A stretch of 64,000 nt of DNA from Dehalococcoidia bacterium (GTDB taxonomy: Bacteria > Chloroflexota > Dehalococcoidia > UBA6926), in contig CAXXET010000008.1 in the NCBI GenBank assembly GCA_963666115.2, forward strand, positions 176,118 through 240,117, in the 5' to 3' direction. Below the pieces are notes generated by a model. It did no database searches. It saw only the letters and a program-made list of their open reading frames with translations, and had not been told where the DNA came from. Below, in pieces: positions 20,683 to 32,032 of this stretch. The first letter of the stretch is position 1; every line of letters begins with the position of its first letter. A program made the position numbers and the translations under genes.

Positions 20683-21267
20683 ATGAAAGCCGTGAGAACG
20701 GCGCTTGTGAGCATTGCGCTGGCCGCGTTGGCGCTGTCGGGAGCCTGCGCCGCTGTTGACGGCGTGTTCCGCCAGCCGCTGCCGTCCCCCGAAACGCTGA
20801 ACCTCCAGGCCTTCATGTTGGAGGGCGGCGGCGTCATGCCCGGCACGGATGTCGTCCGCGTCAACTGGAGCCCCCCGGACGACGATCTGGACATCGACTT
20901 CGTCGTCATCGAGTACTCGGAGAATGAAGACGGCCCGTGGGATGAGATCGCCGCGAAAGCCCCCGACGCCGGACACTACGAGCATGGCGCCATCTTTACC
21001 AGCGGCAGCTTCCACTATTACCGCGTATTCCTCGCGCGCGGTCAGGAAGAGACGCCCCCGACCGACCCGATAGCCGTCTGGATACCGGGGCAGGGAGCCC
21101 TTGACCGCGCCGGCCCCGGCCAGGTCCTCCCGGCCAATCGAACCCCGACGCCCGTCCCGGGATCGGACGCCCCCCCCACGCCCCTCCCCACCGTTTCCGG
21201 CGACAGCAACGCGCCGTTCATGGTCGTTCCTCCCACCCCAACGGCGCCGCCAACGCCCGTCGCCTGA
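20683..21267 (+). CDS. secreted or lipoprotein with FN3-like domain and Pro/Thr tail
   Basis: Signal peptide with SGAC; VRVNWSPP..YYRV; PTP repeats. Confidence 0.6.
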   Translation: MKAVRTALVSIALAALALSGACAAVDGVFRQPLPSPETLNLQAFMLEGGGVMPGTDVVRVNWSPPDDDLDIDFVVIEYSENEDGPWDEIAAKAPDAGHYEHGAIFTSGSFHYYRVFLARGQEETPPTDPIAVWIPGQGALDRAGPGQVLPANRTPTPVPGSDAPPTPLPTVSGDSNAPFMVVPPTPTAPPTPVA

Positions 21268-21290
21268 CGCGGAACGCTGACGCCTGCCCC

Positions 21291-21320
21291 TTGACGATGA
21301 ACGTGGCCAATTCCTAGAAT
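21291..21320 (+). promoter_or_regulatory. putative rex promoter
   Basis: TTGACG-N18-TAGAAT. Confidence 0.55.
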
Positions 21321-21396
21321 CTGAGCATCCTTCAAGCGTCGCCTGCCATGCGTTGGCGTGCCCGGCAGGCGGGGCGGGCGTATAGGTGGGGAGTGT

Positions 21397-22092
21397 ATGC
21401 CAACGGATATCCCGGCTGTGGTCGTGGACAGGCTGCCGCACTATTTGCGGACGCTGCGTCTCATGCTCGACGACGGGATCGAAGTGGTCAGTTCACGCGA
21501 ACTCGGCGAAGCCCTCGGAACGACGCCCGCGCAGATACGCAAGGACCTCAGCTACTTTGGACGATTCGGCAAGCAGGGGCGGGGCTACGATGTCTCAGCC
21601 CTGCTTGACGACCTGACCCGCATCCTGGGGCTGGAACGCTCCTGGCCGGTCGTGCTGGTCGGCGTCGGGCGGCTGGGCCGCGCGATCATCACCTATCCCG
21701 GGCTGACCCCGGAGGGGTTTCACGTGCGCGCCGCGTTCGATGCGGACCCGCGCCTCGTGGGCAGCAGCGTTGACAACGTCCCCGTGCGCCCCGTGCGCGA
21801 GATGGAGAGCTTCATCCGCAAAGAAGGAATCGAGATCGCGATCCTCGCAACACCCGGCGACGTAGCCCAGGACGTAATCGACAGATTAGTCGCCTGCGGC
21901 GTCCGCGGCATCCTAAACTACGCCCCCGTCACCCCCCACGTGCCAGGCGATATCACAGTCCGCACAATAGACCCCGTCCAGGCCCTCCAAACCATGACCT
22001 TCTACCTCCGAGAACCGGACGACGAAGAAGCCGCCAACAACCACCCCTCGACCAACCGCAACCGCAACAAACGCCGCAACGGCCGCCGCTAA
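21397..22092 (+). CDS. rex: redox-sensing transcriptional repressor Rex
   Basis: RLPHY, QIRKDLSYFG.FGKQGRGY, Rossmann VGVGRLG, GILNYAP. Confidence 0.95.
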   Translation: MPTDIPAVVVDRLPHYLRTLRLMLDDGIEVVSSRELGEALGTTPAQIRKDLSYFGRFGKQGRGYDVSALLDDLTRILGLERSWPVVLVGVGRLGRAIITYPGLTPEGFHVRAAFDADPRLVGSSVDNVPVRPVREMESFIRKEGIEIAILATPGDVAQDVIDRLVACGVRGILNYAPVTPHVPGDITVRTIDPVQALQTMTFYLREPDDEEAANNHPSTNRNRNKRRNGRR

Positions 22093-22242
22093 AGCCCCCC
22101 CGCCACCTAACACCCCACAATTGCGATCACCGCAGCTGATTGAGTATACTCGAACAAGTGTAGCCTACTGGGAGGGGAGTGAGATGGGTAGCATGTCTGA
22201 TACGACAGGCCCGCCGAACATCTTCTCCCAACAGCGATTCCC

Positions 22243-22677
22243 GTGATCCCGCCCTTCAATGCCTCCGGTTCCTTGCCTGTTGGTCTCCATGACACAACCA
22301 TGAATGAGATGCAAGAGACGCTCGGATTCACAGCGCGTCGGCGTGGCCTTGTCGACGGGTTGCAGCGGTACTTGGCCGCGTGGCGCCCATACGAGTTGTT
22401 GGATTTTGTCGTGGTTGACGGTAGCTTCGTGACATCCGAAGAGGAACCCGCCGACATCGACATGCTCTTGGTTCCCGTGCCCTTCGCGGCCTTACGTCCA
22501 AATGCAGAGGCCGCTTTTTCCAGGTTGGGGCTGGATCGAGAGGCGGTGCGCCATCAGTTTGGGTGCGATGTACTCCCGACTGACGTAGACGGGTCTCGCG
22601 ACTACCAGGGATGGCTGGCGTTCTTTACGATAGATAAGCAGGGCAACTCCAAGGGCGCGCTTAAACTTGAGGTCTGA
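22243..22677 (+). CDS. minimal nucleotidyltransferase (DUF6932-like)
   Basis: IPPF...G.LP.G.H; VDGSFVT..EP.DID pol-beta motif. Confidence 0.75.
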   Translation: MIPPFNASGSLPVGLHDTTMNEMQETLGFTARRRGLVDGLQRYLAAWRPYELLDFVVVDGSFVTSEEEPADIDMLLVPVPFAALRPNAEAAFSRLGLDREAVRHQFGCDVLPTDVDGSRDYQGWLAFFTIDKQGNSKGALKLEV

Positions 22678-22679
22678 CG

Positions 22680-23669
22680 ATGAGTACACGTGAAGGGCGG
22701 GAGCCCATTGATGCTGTTGTGACCTCCGAGCAAATTGCTCGCTTGGAGCAAGCCGTGTTCTCGTTGAAGGACTCCTCGACGATGCCCCCTGACGTAGCCG
22801 AAGCCATGGCGAGAACGCAGTACAACTACATCCAAGAGCTCAGGGCGGAGTTGGACGCCGCTCTTGGGTTCGGGCAGCCCGCGCCAGACCTTATTGTCTC
22901 GCTGGGAGGGCCGCAGGTTCACCTGGGCAGCGTGACGGCGCGCTCGGTGACAAAGGTGCTGGATGAGTTGCAGACCGCCGTGCGCAACGTGTTCACTTGG
23001 CTCGCGGACGGCGTGTCCCGTCCCCAGAGCCGCCCAAGGGAAACCGTGTCTCGCGCAACCGGACTCAAGCTTGTCGGAGTCGGTACGGGCAGCATTCGGC
23101 TATTCCTCAATTTGCCTGGACCGGACGAATCGGCGTCCGGCGGCAGCCGCGAAACCATGGAGAACGCGGTGCGAAGTCTGCTGGACGTTGCTGAATGGGC
23201 AAGCACGGAGCAGGATGCCTCAGCGCTCATGCAAGCCAAGCCGGATGTCAACCTTGCGCGCGTTCTGCTTGAGAACGCTCAACGAATCATTCCGGGGCAG
23301 GGCAGCGAATTTGATTACATGATCCTGTCAGGAAACCTGGTCGATGCTCGTGACGGCCTCTTCCTCACGCCGGCCGCTCACAGTCGCCTGAATGATGCGC
23401 GCTTGAAATTGCAGAATCGCGAACCCGCCGGCGTTACGGTGACTGGAACATTGCGCGCCATCGACAAGGACAAGCAGACCGTCAAGCTTCGTGCGAGTGG
23501 AAATAAGTCAGGAACGCTTTGGAAGATACCTGCGCATATGATGGAGCAGGTTTTCCAGTATCTGGCCTCCGACACCTTGGTGACTCTGGAAGGAGTTCAG
23601 GAGTACGGGGACAACGATAAGCCCCGCCCCCTCAAGATTCGCGACATCCATCCCGCCACGAATCGATAG
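22680..23669 (+). CDS. hypothetical partner protein, homologous to 53957..55069
   Basis: Starts 2 nt after NTase stop; shared SL.G..V..G.VT and GTLR..D motifs. Confidence 0.7.
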   Translation: MSTREGREPIDAVVTSEQIARLEQAVFSLKDSSTMPPDVAEAMARTQYNYIQELRAELDAALGFGQPAPDLIVSLGGPQVHLGSVTARSVTKVLDELQTAVRNVFTWLADGVSRPQSRPRETVSRATGLKLVGVGTGSIRLFLNLPGPDESASGGSRETMENAVRSLLDVAEWASTEQDASALMQAKPDVNLARVLLENAQRIIPGQGSEFDYMILSGNLVDARDGLFLTPAAHSRLNDARLKLQNREPAGVTVTGTLRAIDKDKQTVKLRASGNKSGTLWKIPAHMMEQVFQYLASDTLVTLEGVQEYGDNDKPRPLKIRDIHPATNR

Positions 23670-23785
23670 AGGGATCGCCTAAGTATCCGATCGCGGTGGC
23701 TGGCCCTGCCCCGGCCCCCCATGCCGCCCCCCGCCACCATCGCTATACTTGTTGCAAGCGACACCAATCCCCAGGAGACCACACC

Positions 23786-24151
23786 ATGGCAACAGTACGA
23801 GCAAAATACACAAACGGCGTCCTAACCCCCCTCGAACCCCTGGACCTCGAAGAAGGCAAAGAAGTAACACTCTCCATCGACAAAAGTGAATCGCCCAAGT
23901 CGTGGGCCTATGGAACAAAGGGCCAGCCAAAGGGAGCTGCCCACGAGTCCCCGTCGCCTGATGCCCAGACGACGGATGCTTCCACGTCCGATGAGACAAA
24001 GCCGCCTCTCACCGGGTTCGCTGCCATCCTCGCAAGCGCACGCGAACTGCATGAGACCATGCCGCCGGAGGAGCAGGACCGAGCCCCCAGAGACCTCGCC
24101 AAAAACCTGAAGCACTACCTCTACGGCCACCCAAAGGAAGAAGACGAGTAA
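23786..24151 (+). CDS. AF2212/DUF104-like antitoxin
   Basis: VRAKYTNGVL.PLEPLDLEEG.EV; C-terminal PRDLAKNLKHYLYG. Confidence 0.75.
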   Translation: MATVRAKYTNGVLTPLEPLDLEEGKEVTLSIDKSESPKSWAYGTKGQPKGAAHESPSPDAQTTDASTSDETKPPLTGFAAILASARELHETMPPEEQDRAPRDLAKNLKHYLYGHPKEEDE

Positions 24152-24153
24152 GA

Positions 24154-24177
24154 GTGATCTTCGCGGACGCGGGCTAA
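24154..24177 (+). pseudogene. VapC/PIN toxin N-terminal stub
   Basis: GTG ATC TTC GCG GAC GCG GGC TAA (VIFADAG*) immediately after the antitoxin. Confidence 0.5.
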
Positions 24178-24217
24178 CTACAGCTACAGAGACCTAACCA
24201 TGGCTGGCCGCCGCTAA

Positions 24218-24454
24218 CTACCCGCCCTCTTCCGCCGCCCGTGCCTCCGAATGCTCGGCAAGCAGCCTGTGGACGGCAGGGGCCAACTCGCGGGGAATGA
24301 CCATCACGATATTGTCGGGGTCATTGAACGCGGCCTCATCTTCGGCAGCCCATTCTTCGGCAGTCAAGCTGTCGTAGTACTTGATGAGCTCATCATACCG
24401 ACGATCAACCACGTATTTTGCAGGCTTGCGAGCCTCACTCACCGACGGCTTCAT
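24218..24454 (-). CDS. orphan antitoxin-like protein
   Basis: YYD...EEWAAEDEAA....M.IPREL.PAV..LLAEH shared with 24435 and 10083. Confidence 0.55.
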   Translation of the reverse strand: MKPSVSEARKPAKYVVDRRYDELIKYYDSLTAEEWAAEDEAAFNDPDNIVMVIPRELAPAVHRLLAEHSEARAAEEGG

Positions 24455-24662
24455 CTACTTTGTCCTCCGGATGCTCCGCCAAAAGCGCGCGCACCGCCGG
24501 CACAAGCTCCTTCGGTATAGCCATCCACGTCACCGTTGAATCCCAAAGCGCAGCCTCGTCCTCCGCAGCCCAGTCGTCCTCATCCATGCCGTCATGGTAT
24601 TCGACAACCTTGCGGACTCGTTCCGCGTCCCACCCAGGCGGGTAGTCATTCGGGTCATTCAT
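24435..24662 (-). CDS. orphan antitoxin-like protein (YPPGWDAERV)
   Basis: Clear paralog of 10083..10310; no toxin adjacent. Confidence 0.6.
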   Translation of the reverse strand: MNDPNDYPPGWDAERVRKVVEYHDGMDEDDWAAEDEAALWDSTVTWMAIPKELVPAVRALLAEHPEDKVDEAVGE

Positions 24663-24671
24663 CGGTGCGCG

Positions 24672-25139
24672 TTACGAATCCGATCGCGGCGCCTGCCCCT
24701 GCCCCGGCCCCCCCTGCCTACCCCGCCGCCGCGCCGCTATCCGCTCAGCAACACGTATCCGCGCCAAAGACCGCAGCAGCGCCGATTCCGCCCGCGCCAT
24801 ATCCAAATCAGGCGTCGCCGTCCGGTTCGCAAGCCGCTCCTGCGCCCGCCGCCGCGCCTCCTCGGCGCGTTCCATGTCGATGTCCTCCGCGTACTCCGCA
24901 GCGTCCGACAAAATAGTCACGCTGTCCGGCCCGATCTGCGCGAAGCCGCCGCTGATGACCAGCGCCGTCTCCTCCCCGGACGTCCGCGTCAGAACCTCGC
25001 CCGGCTGCAGCAGCGTCACAATCCGCGCGTGCCGCGGCAGCACGCCAAGCTGCCCCTCCTCGCCGGGCAGCACGACGATATCCACGTCGTCCTCGTAGGC
25101 GATCCTGTCTAGCGCAATGATTTGCAGGTGGGTCGGCAT
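24672..25139 (-). CDS. atpC: ATP synthase epsilon
   Basis: PGEEGQLGVLPRHA, SGGFA; last gene of atp operon. Confidence 0.95.
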   Translation of the reverse strand: MPTHLQIIALDRIAYEDDVDIVVLPGEEGQLGVLPRHARIVTLLQPGEVLTRTSGEETALVISGGFAQIGPDSVTILSDAAEYAEDIDMERAEEARRRAQERLANRTATPDLDMARAESALLRSLARIRVAERIAARRRGRQGGPGQGQAPRSDS

Positions 25140-25142
25140 GAT

Positions 25143-26549
<1,407 letters not shown>

Positions 26550-26553
26550 TCAT

Positions 26554-27240
26554 CTACCGTGCCAGGGCCGGCTCGGCCCCCTGTCCAAAGTAGCGATCCA
26601 CGTCAAACTCCCGAAGGCTCTCGATAATCTCATCCGCCTTCGAAATATCAAGATTCGCCGTCATGCCCGTCCGCAGCCCGATTGTCCGTATGCCCGCGCC
26701 CTTTGCGGCCTTGATCCCCGCCGGCGAGTCCTCGATGGCGACGGCGTCCGCCGGGTCAAGCCCCATCAACTCGGCCGCCTTGAGATAGATATCCGGCGCG
26801 GGCTTGGTTCGCCGCACGTCCGTGGAGCACACTGCGACGTCAAAGAAATCCGTCAGCCCCAGCTTCTCCAGCTTGATCGTCAGCCACTTGCGCCGCGACG
26901 CCGTCGCGATGCCGCGCGGGATGCCCCGCCGCTCCACCACGCCCAGCAGCTCCTCCGCCTCCGGCTTGATGAAGAGCTCGCTCTTCAACACGCCCTCGAT
27001 CACCGCCTCGTACCGGTCCTGGTAATGCTGCGCCGGTTCCGGCAAATTGTTCTCGCGCGTCAGCGCCTCCCACGTCCGTGTGGCCGTCGAGCCGATCCAC
27101 CGCTCGTACTCCGACGCCGACAACTGCGGCGCGCCGCACTCCTCAAGAATGACGTTCACCGACTTTAAATAAAGCGGCTCGCTGTCGATCAGCACGCCGT
27201 CGAAGTCAAAGATGATGCCCCGGGCCTGGAAGGCGCTCAT
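26554..27240 (-). CDS. HAD hydrolase (beta-PGM/CbbY-like)
   Basis: FDFDGVLIDSE, KPAPDIY, IEDS..G. Confidence 0.9.
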   Translation of the reverse strand: MSAFQARGIIFDFDGVLIDSEPLYLKSVNVILEECGAPQLSASEYERWIGSTATRTWEALTRENNLPEPAQHYQDRYEAVIEGVLKSELFIKPEAEELLGVVERRGIPRGIATASRRKWLTIKLEKLGLTDFFDVAVCSTDVRRTKPAPDIYLKAAELMGLDPADAVAIEDSPAGIKAAKGAGIRTIGLRTGMTANLDISKADEIIESLREFDVDRYFGQGAEPALAR

Positions 27241-27953
27241 GGTCGTTCGCCTCCCCCCAGCAGCCCCTCCACGTCAATCTCGCGCAGCGAATCCACGATG
27301 ACGTGCGCGTGCGATTGGTCGGCGTCCTCCATCCACGAATTGCGGACGGCAATCGTATACAGCCCCGCGTCCCGCGCCGCCGCGATGCCGCTCGGCGAAT
27401 CCTCGATGGCGAACGCATCCGCCGGTTCCACCCCAAGCGCCCGTGCCGCCTCCAGGTAAATCTCCGGGTGCGGCTTGTACTCGGAAACCATGTCGCCCGT
27501 CAGGATCGCGTCAAAGGCGTCGGAGATGCCCATGATCTCAAGCCGCGGAAATGCCCACGCCCGCCGTGAATTCGTCACCAGCGCGAACGGCGCGCCCATC
27601 CGGTGAACCGCCGCAATCAGTTCCATCGCCCCGTCCGCCGCCCGCAAATCCGTGGGAAACAGAGTCTGCGCCACCGCGTCCACGCGCCGCGTATACTCGT
27701 CCAGCGGGATTGCCAACGCCGGCCGCAGCGCGCTCACTTGCCGCCACCACCCCTCGTTCCCGAACCCCGCCATCGTCCGCGCCTCATCGTGCGCCAGGGC
27801 CTCCTGCCCCTCCTCCACGAGGAAGCGATTGATCGCCGAAACCAGCACCCTCTCCGTATCGCACAGCGTCCCGTCCAGGTCGGTAATGACCGCCCGCAGG
27901 CGCGTCGGCGCGTCCGCGAACCGGTTAACTGTTGCCGCCGCCGCGCTCGTCAT
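27237..27953 (-). CDS. HAD hydrolase (beta-PGM/CbbY-like)
   Basis: DLDGTLCDTE, KPHPEIY, IEDS..G. Confidence 0.9.
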   Translation of the reverse strand: MTSAAAATVNRFADAPTRLRAVITDLDGTLCDTERVLVSAINRFLVEEGQEALAHDEARTMAGFGNEGWWRQVSALRPALAIPLDEYTRRVDAVAQTLFPTDLRAADGAMELIAAVHRMGAPFALVTNSRRAWAFPRLEIMGISDAFDAILTGDMVSEYKPHPEIYLEAARALGVEPADAFAIEDSPSGIAAARDAGLYTIAVRNSWMEDADQSHAHVIVDSLREIDVEGLLGGGERP

Positions 27954-27955
27954 CG

Positions 27956-28834
27956 CTACGCCTTCTCCAGCGCGGCCACGCCGCCCACCAGGTCCAAAAG
28001 TTCCTTGGTGATCGTCTCCTGCCGCGCCTTGTTGTACTCCAGCGTCAGCGCGTCGATCATCTCCCCCGCCGCGTCCGTCGCCGCCCGCATCGCCACCATC
28101 CGCGCCGACTGCTCGGACGCCGCGTTCTCCAAAGCCGCCTGGTAGATCTGCGTCTCCACGTACCGGGGCAGCAAGCCCCCGAGCACCGTCGCCGCGTCCG
28201 GCTCGTACTCGTAGTCGCCCAGCGCCGCGCCCGCGCCGTTCTCAGACGCCGCAGGCGGCTCAACCGGCAGAAGCTGACGTATGACCGGCTCCTGCACGGC
28301 GGTATTCACGAAATTGGCATACGCCAGGTAGACGCGGTCAAGCCGCCCCTCCGCGTAGTCCTCCAGCACGACACGCGCGATGGGAGACGTATCGACAGGC
28401 TCCGGGAAATCGCCGAGGTTCAGGAACTCCGCGCGAATGTCCCGGCCCCGCCGCGAGAAGAAGTCGTTGCCCTTCTTGCCGACGGAAATCTGCGAGACGG
28501 GATGCTCCTGCTCCAGTCCGAAATTATACGCCGCGCGGTTCAGGTTCGCGTTCAGTCCGCCGCACAGCCCCCGGTCCGGCGTGAACAACACGAGGCCGAT
28601 GGTGTTCGGCTCCCGCACCTGCATCAGCGGATGAACGTCGTCCCCGCTGCCGCTCTGCCGCGCCACGATGTCCGTGATCAGATCGAGCAGCCGCGTGGAA
28701 TAGGGGCGCGACGCCATGACGCGCTGCTGCGCCCGCCGCATCTTCGCCGCCGCGATGAGCTCCATCGCGTTCGTGATGCGCTGCGTGCTCGTCACGCTGC
28801 GTATTCGCTGCCGGATCTGCCGTGTATTTGGCAC
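27956..28834 (-). CDS. atpG: ATP synthase gamma
   Basis: ITNAMELIAAAK, DRGLCG, RQETITKEL. Confidence 0.98.
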   Translation of the reverse strand: MPNTRQIRQRIRSVTSTQRITNAMELIAAAKMRRAQQRVMASRPYSTRLLDLITDIVARQSGSGDDVHPLMQVREPNTIGLVLFTPDRGLCGGLNANLNRAAYNFGLEQEHPVSQISVGKKGNDFFSRRGRDIRAEFLNLGDFPEPVDTSPIARVVLEDYAEGRLDRVYLAYANFVNTAVQEPVIRQLLPVEPPAASENGAGAALGDYEYEPDAATVLGGLLPRYVETQIYQAALENAASEQSARMVAMRAATDAAGEMIDALTLEYNKARQETITKELLDLVGGVAALEKA

Positions 28835-28871
28835 GACGCCCTATCCTCTCGCTGCTCGCCCCAATTCTCGC

Positions 28872-30383
28872 CTAGTAGGTTCCCGTCTCCTTGAACTCGT
28901 TCACCGCGTTCCGCAAAGCCCCCTCCGTCTCCTCGGCAAGGTCGCCCGACTCCCGGATCGTGTCCAGCACGCCGGAGTGCGACGCGTCGAGGAACGCGAG
29001 GAACGCCCGCTCGAACGACCCCACGCGCTCAACGGCCACGTCGTCCATCAGTCCCTGCGTCGCCGCAAACAGGACGGCCACCTCCTTCTCCACCGGCAAA
29101 GGCTCGTACTGCCCCTGCTTGAGGAGTTCCGTCAGGATCTGCCCGCGCTCCAGCTGACGCCGCGTCGCCGGGTCAAGGTCGCCGCTCCCGAACTGCGCGA
29201 ACGCCTGCAAATTGCGGAACTGCGCCAAATCAAGGCGCAGCCGTCCCGCCACGCGGCGAATGGCGCGCGTCTGCGCCGCCCCCCCCACGCGCGACACGGA
29301 CAAACCCGCGTTCACCGCCGGCCGGATGCCGGAGTTGAACAGGTCCGTCTCAAGATAAATCTGCCCGTCCGTAATCGAAATCACGTTCGTCGGGATGTAC
29401 GCGGACACGTCGCCCGCCTGCGTCTCGATGATCGGCAGCGCCGTCAGCGATCCCCCCCCGTTCTCGTCGCTCATCCGCGCCGCCCGCTCCAGCAGCCGGC
29501 TGTGCAGGTAGAAAACGTCGCCCGGGTACGCCTCGCGCCCTGGCGGGCGCCGCAGCAGCAGCGAAACCTCGCGGTACGCCCACGCGTGCTTGGAAAGATC
29601 GTCATAGACGATGAGCGCGTCCTTGCCCTCCTCCATGAACTGCTCGCCAATCGCGCACCCCGCGTACGGCGCAAGGTACTGCATCGCGGCGGAGTCCGAC
29701 GCGTTCGCCGTCACGATGACCGTGTGCTCCATCGCGCCGTTCTGCTCCAGCGTCGCCACAAGCTGCGCCACCTTGGACGCCTTCTGCCCGATGGCCACGT
29801 AGATGCAGATGAGGTCGCCGCCGCGTTGGTTGATGATCGTGTCGATGGCGATGGCCGTCTTGCCGGTCGAGCGGTCGCCGATGATCAACTCCCGCTGCCC
29901 GCGCCCGACGGGAATCATGGAGTCCACCGCCTTGATGCCCGTCTGGACAGGCTTGTTCACGGACTGCCGCGTCACCACGTTCGGCGCAACCCTCTCCAGC
30001 GGCCTGGACTGCGTGGTCTGGATTGGCCCCTTGCCGTCCACCGCCACGCCCAGCGCGTCCACCACGCGCCCCAGCATCCCGTCGCCAACGGGCACCTCGG
30101 CGATGCGCCCCGTCGTGCGGACCTCCGAGCCCTCCTGGATGCCGGCGTCCGAGCCGAGGATGACCGTGCCCACGGTCTCCTCTTCGAGGTTCAGCGCGAT
30201 GCCGATAGCCCCGGTGGCGAATTCGATCAACTCGCCGTAGCGCACCCCCGTCAGCCCGTGAACCGTCGCGATCCCGTCACCAACCTGGATGACGGAGCCA
30301 ACGTCCACGGTCTCAATCGAGACCCCAAAATCCTCAATTTGGCGCCGGATGATTGACGCAATATCCTGGCCGCGAACAGCCAT
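28872..30383 (-). CDS. atpA: ATP synthase alpha
   Basis: [29 protein letters not shown]. Confidence 0.99.
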   Translation of the reverse strand: MAVRGQDIASIIRRQIEDFGVSIETVDVGSVIQVGDGIATVHGLTGVRYGELIEFATGAIGIALNLEEETVGTVILGSDAGIQEGSEVRTTGRIAEVPVGDGMLGRVVDALGVAVDGKGPIQTTQSRPLERVAPNVVTRQSVNKPVQTGIKAVDSMIPVGRGQRELIIGDRSTGKTAIAIDTIINQRGGDLICIYVAIGQKASKVAQLVATLEQNGAMEHTVIVTANASDSAAMQYLAPYAGCAIGEQFMEEGKDALIVYDDLSKHAWAYREVSLLLRRPPGREAYPGDVFYLHSRLLERAARMSDENGGGSLTALPIIETQAGDVSAYIPTNVISITDGQIYLETDLFNSGIRPAVNAGLSVSRVGGAAQTRAIRRVAGRLRLDLAQFRNLQAFAQFGSGDLDPATRRQLERGQILTELLKQGQYEPLPVEKEVAVLFAATQGLMDDVAVERVGSFERAFLAFLDASHSGVLDTIRESGDLAEETEGALRNAVNEFKETGTY

Positions 30384-30448
30384 CGTTCAGTCCCCTTGTC
30401 TCTACTTCCTTGTGCGTTCCAAGTCGTGCTTGCGCTCCGGTGGCCCGT

Positions 30449-30994
30449 CTATGACGACGCCGCGCTCTCCCGCAGCCACTCCCGCAGATTCCGGAGCCGC
30501 GCCCGCGTGCTGCCGTCCAAAACGCGGTCGCCCACACGCGCCACGAACCCGCCGATGATCTCCGGGTCCACGTCCACGGACAACCGCAAGTCGCGCCCAA
30601 CCTGCCGGTTCAGCAGCAGCCGCACCTGCTCCTGCAGGTCGTCGTCCATCTGCTCTGCGGAGGTCACGCTTGCCGCCACGATGCCCCGTTCCTCGTCCAG
30701 CATCCGCAGGTAGTCGTCCAGGATGCCCTGCGCCAGGTGCGAGCGGTTCCGCCGGATCAGGATCATGGCAAGGTTCCGCCCAAGCGGCGCAACGCTCCCA
30801 AGGTGCTGATCCAGCAGTTGCCGCTTGTTCTCCTGCGAGACGCGCGGCGATTCCACGAACGCTTGGACGTCCGGCAGCCCCAGGACGTCTGCGATCGTCT
30901 GCAGGTCGTCCCGCCACTGGTCGAGCGTGTCCTGGTCGCGCGCAATGTCGAACACCGCCTGCGCGTATCGCCGGGATGATCCGCCGGACGGCAT
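30449..30994 (-). CDS. atpH: ATP synthase delta
   Basis: RRYAQA, VDPEIIGG, DGS; operon position. Confidence 0.95.
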   Translation of the reverse strand: MPSGGSSRRYAQAVFDIARDQDTLDQWRDDLQTIADVLGLPDVQAFVESPRVSQENKRQLLDQHLGSVAPLGRNLAMILIRRNRSHLAQGILDDYLRMLDEERGIVAASVTSAEQMDDDLQEQVRLLLNRQVGRDLRLSVDVDPEIIGGFVARVGDRVLDGSTRARLRNLREWLRESAASS

Positions 30995-30997
30995 CGG

Positions 30998-31507
30998 TTA
31001 GGAGCCTCCGCCGTTCGTGATCTCTTCCGCCTCGCGCAACACCTCTTCAACGAGATTCCGGTGCGCGTCATGGTCCAGCGACTGGTTGATGATCCGCTCG
31101 GCGGCGATGATCGAGAGATCGATGATCTCCTGCCTCCCCCGCTCGATGATCTCAGCCGCCTCCCGCCGCAGTTCCTCCCGTGACCGCTCAGCAAGCGCCT
31201 CCGCATCCTGCCGCGCCTGCGCCAGCAGCTCCTCCGCCTGGCGCCGGCTCGTCTCCGTCGCCTGCTGGACGATCTGCTGCGCCCGGTCCCTGGCCTCCGC
31301 CAGCGCCTGCTGAACCTCCTCGCCGCTCCGCGCGGACTCCTCGCGCGCGCGCTCCGCCTCCGAGAGTGCCTCCCGGATGCGTTCCGCCCGCTGGTCGAGC
31401 ATCCGCGTCACCGGCTTGTACAGGATCAGCGACAGCAGCAGCAGGAAAATCCCGAAGTTGATGAACTGGCTGATCAGTCCGGGAATGTTGAATCCGATGG
31501 CTTCCAT
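30998..31507 (-). CDS. atpF: ATP synthase subunit b
   Basis: N-terminal TM (Q.INF..LYKP) plus coiled coil. Confidence 0.95.
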   Translation of the reverse strand: MEAIGFNIPGLISQFINFGIFLLLLSLILYKPVTRMLDQRAERIREALSEAERAREESARSGEEVQQALAEARDRAQQIVQQATETSRRQAEELLAQARQDAEALAERSREELRREAAEIIERGRQEIIDLSIIAAERIINQSLDHDAHRNLVEEVLREAEEITNGGGS

Positions 31508-31528
31508 CGACTCATGTCCCTTTCCGCT

Positions 31529-32030
<502 letters not shown>

Positions 32031-32032
32031 TC

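Noticed and set aside
21270-21396. Rex operator upstream of rex
   Set aside because: No TTGTGAA-N4-TTCACAA-like palindrome visible.
23679-23999. 106-aa minus ORF ending like AtpC
   Set aside because: Antisense to the antitoxin gene; only the last roughly 18 codons are a real atpC relic.
28716-30356. Long antisense ORFs (also 16447..17742, 18514..19833, 36829..38160, 57222..58748)
   Set aside because: Shadows of high-GC genes on the opposite strand; Arg/Pro-rich with no motifs.
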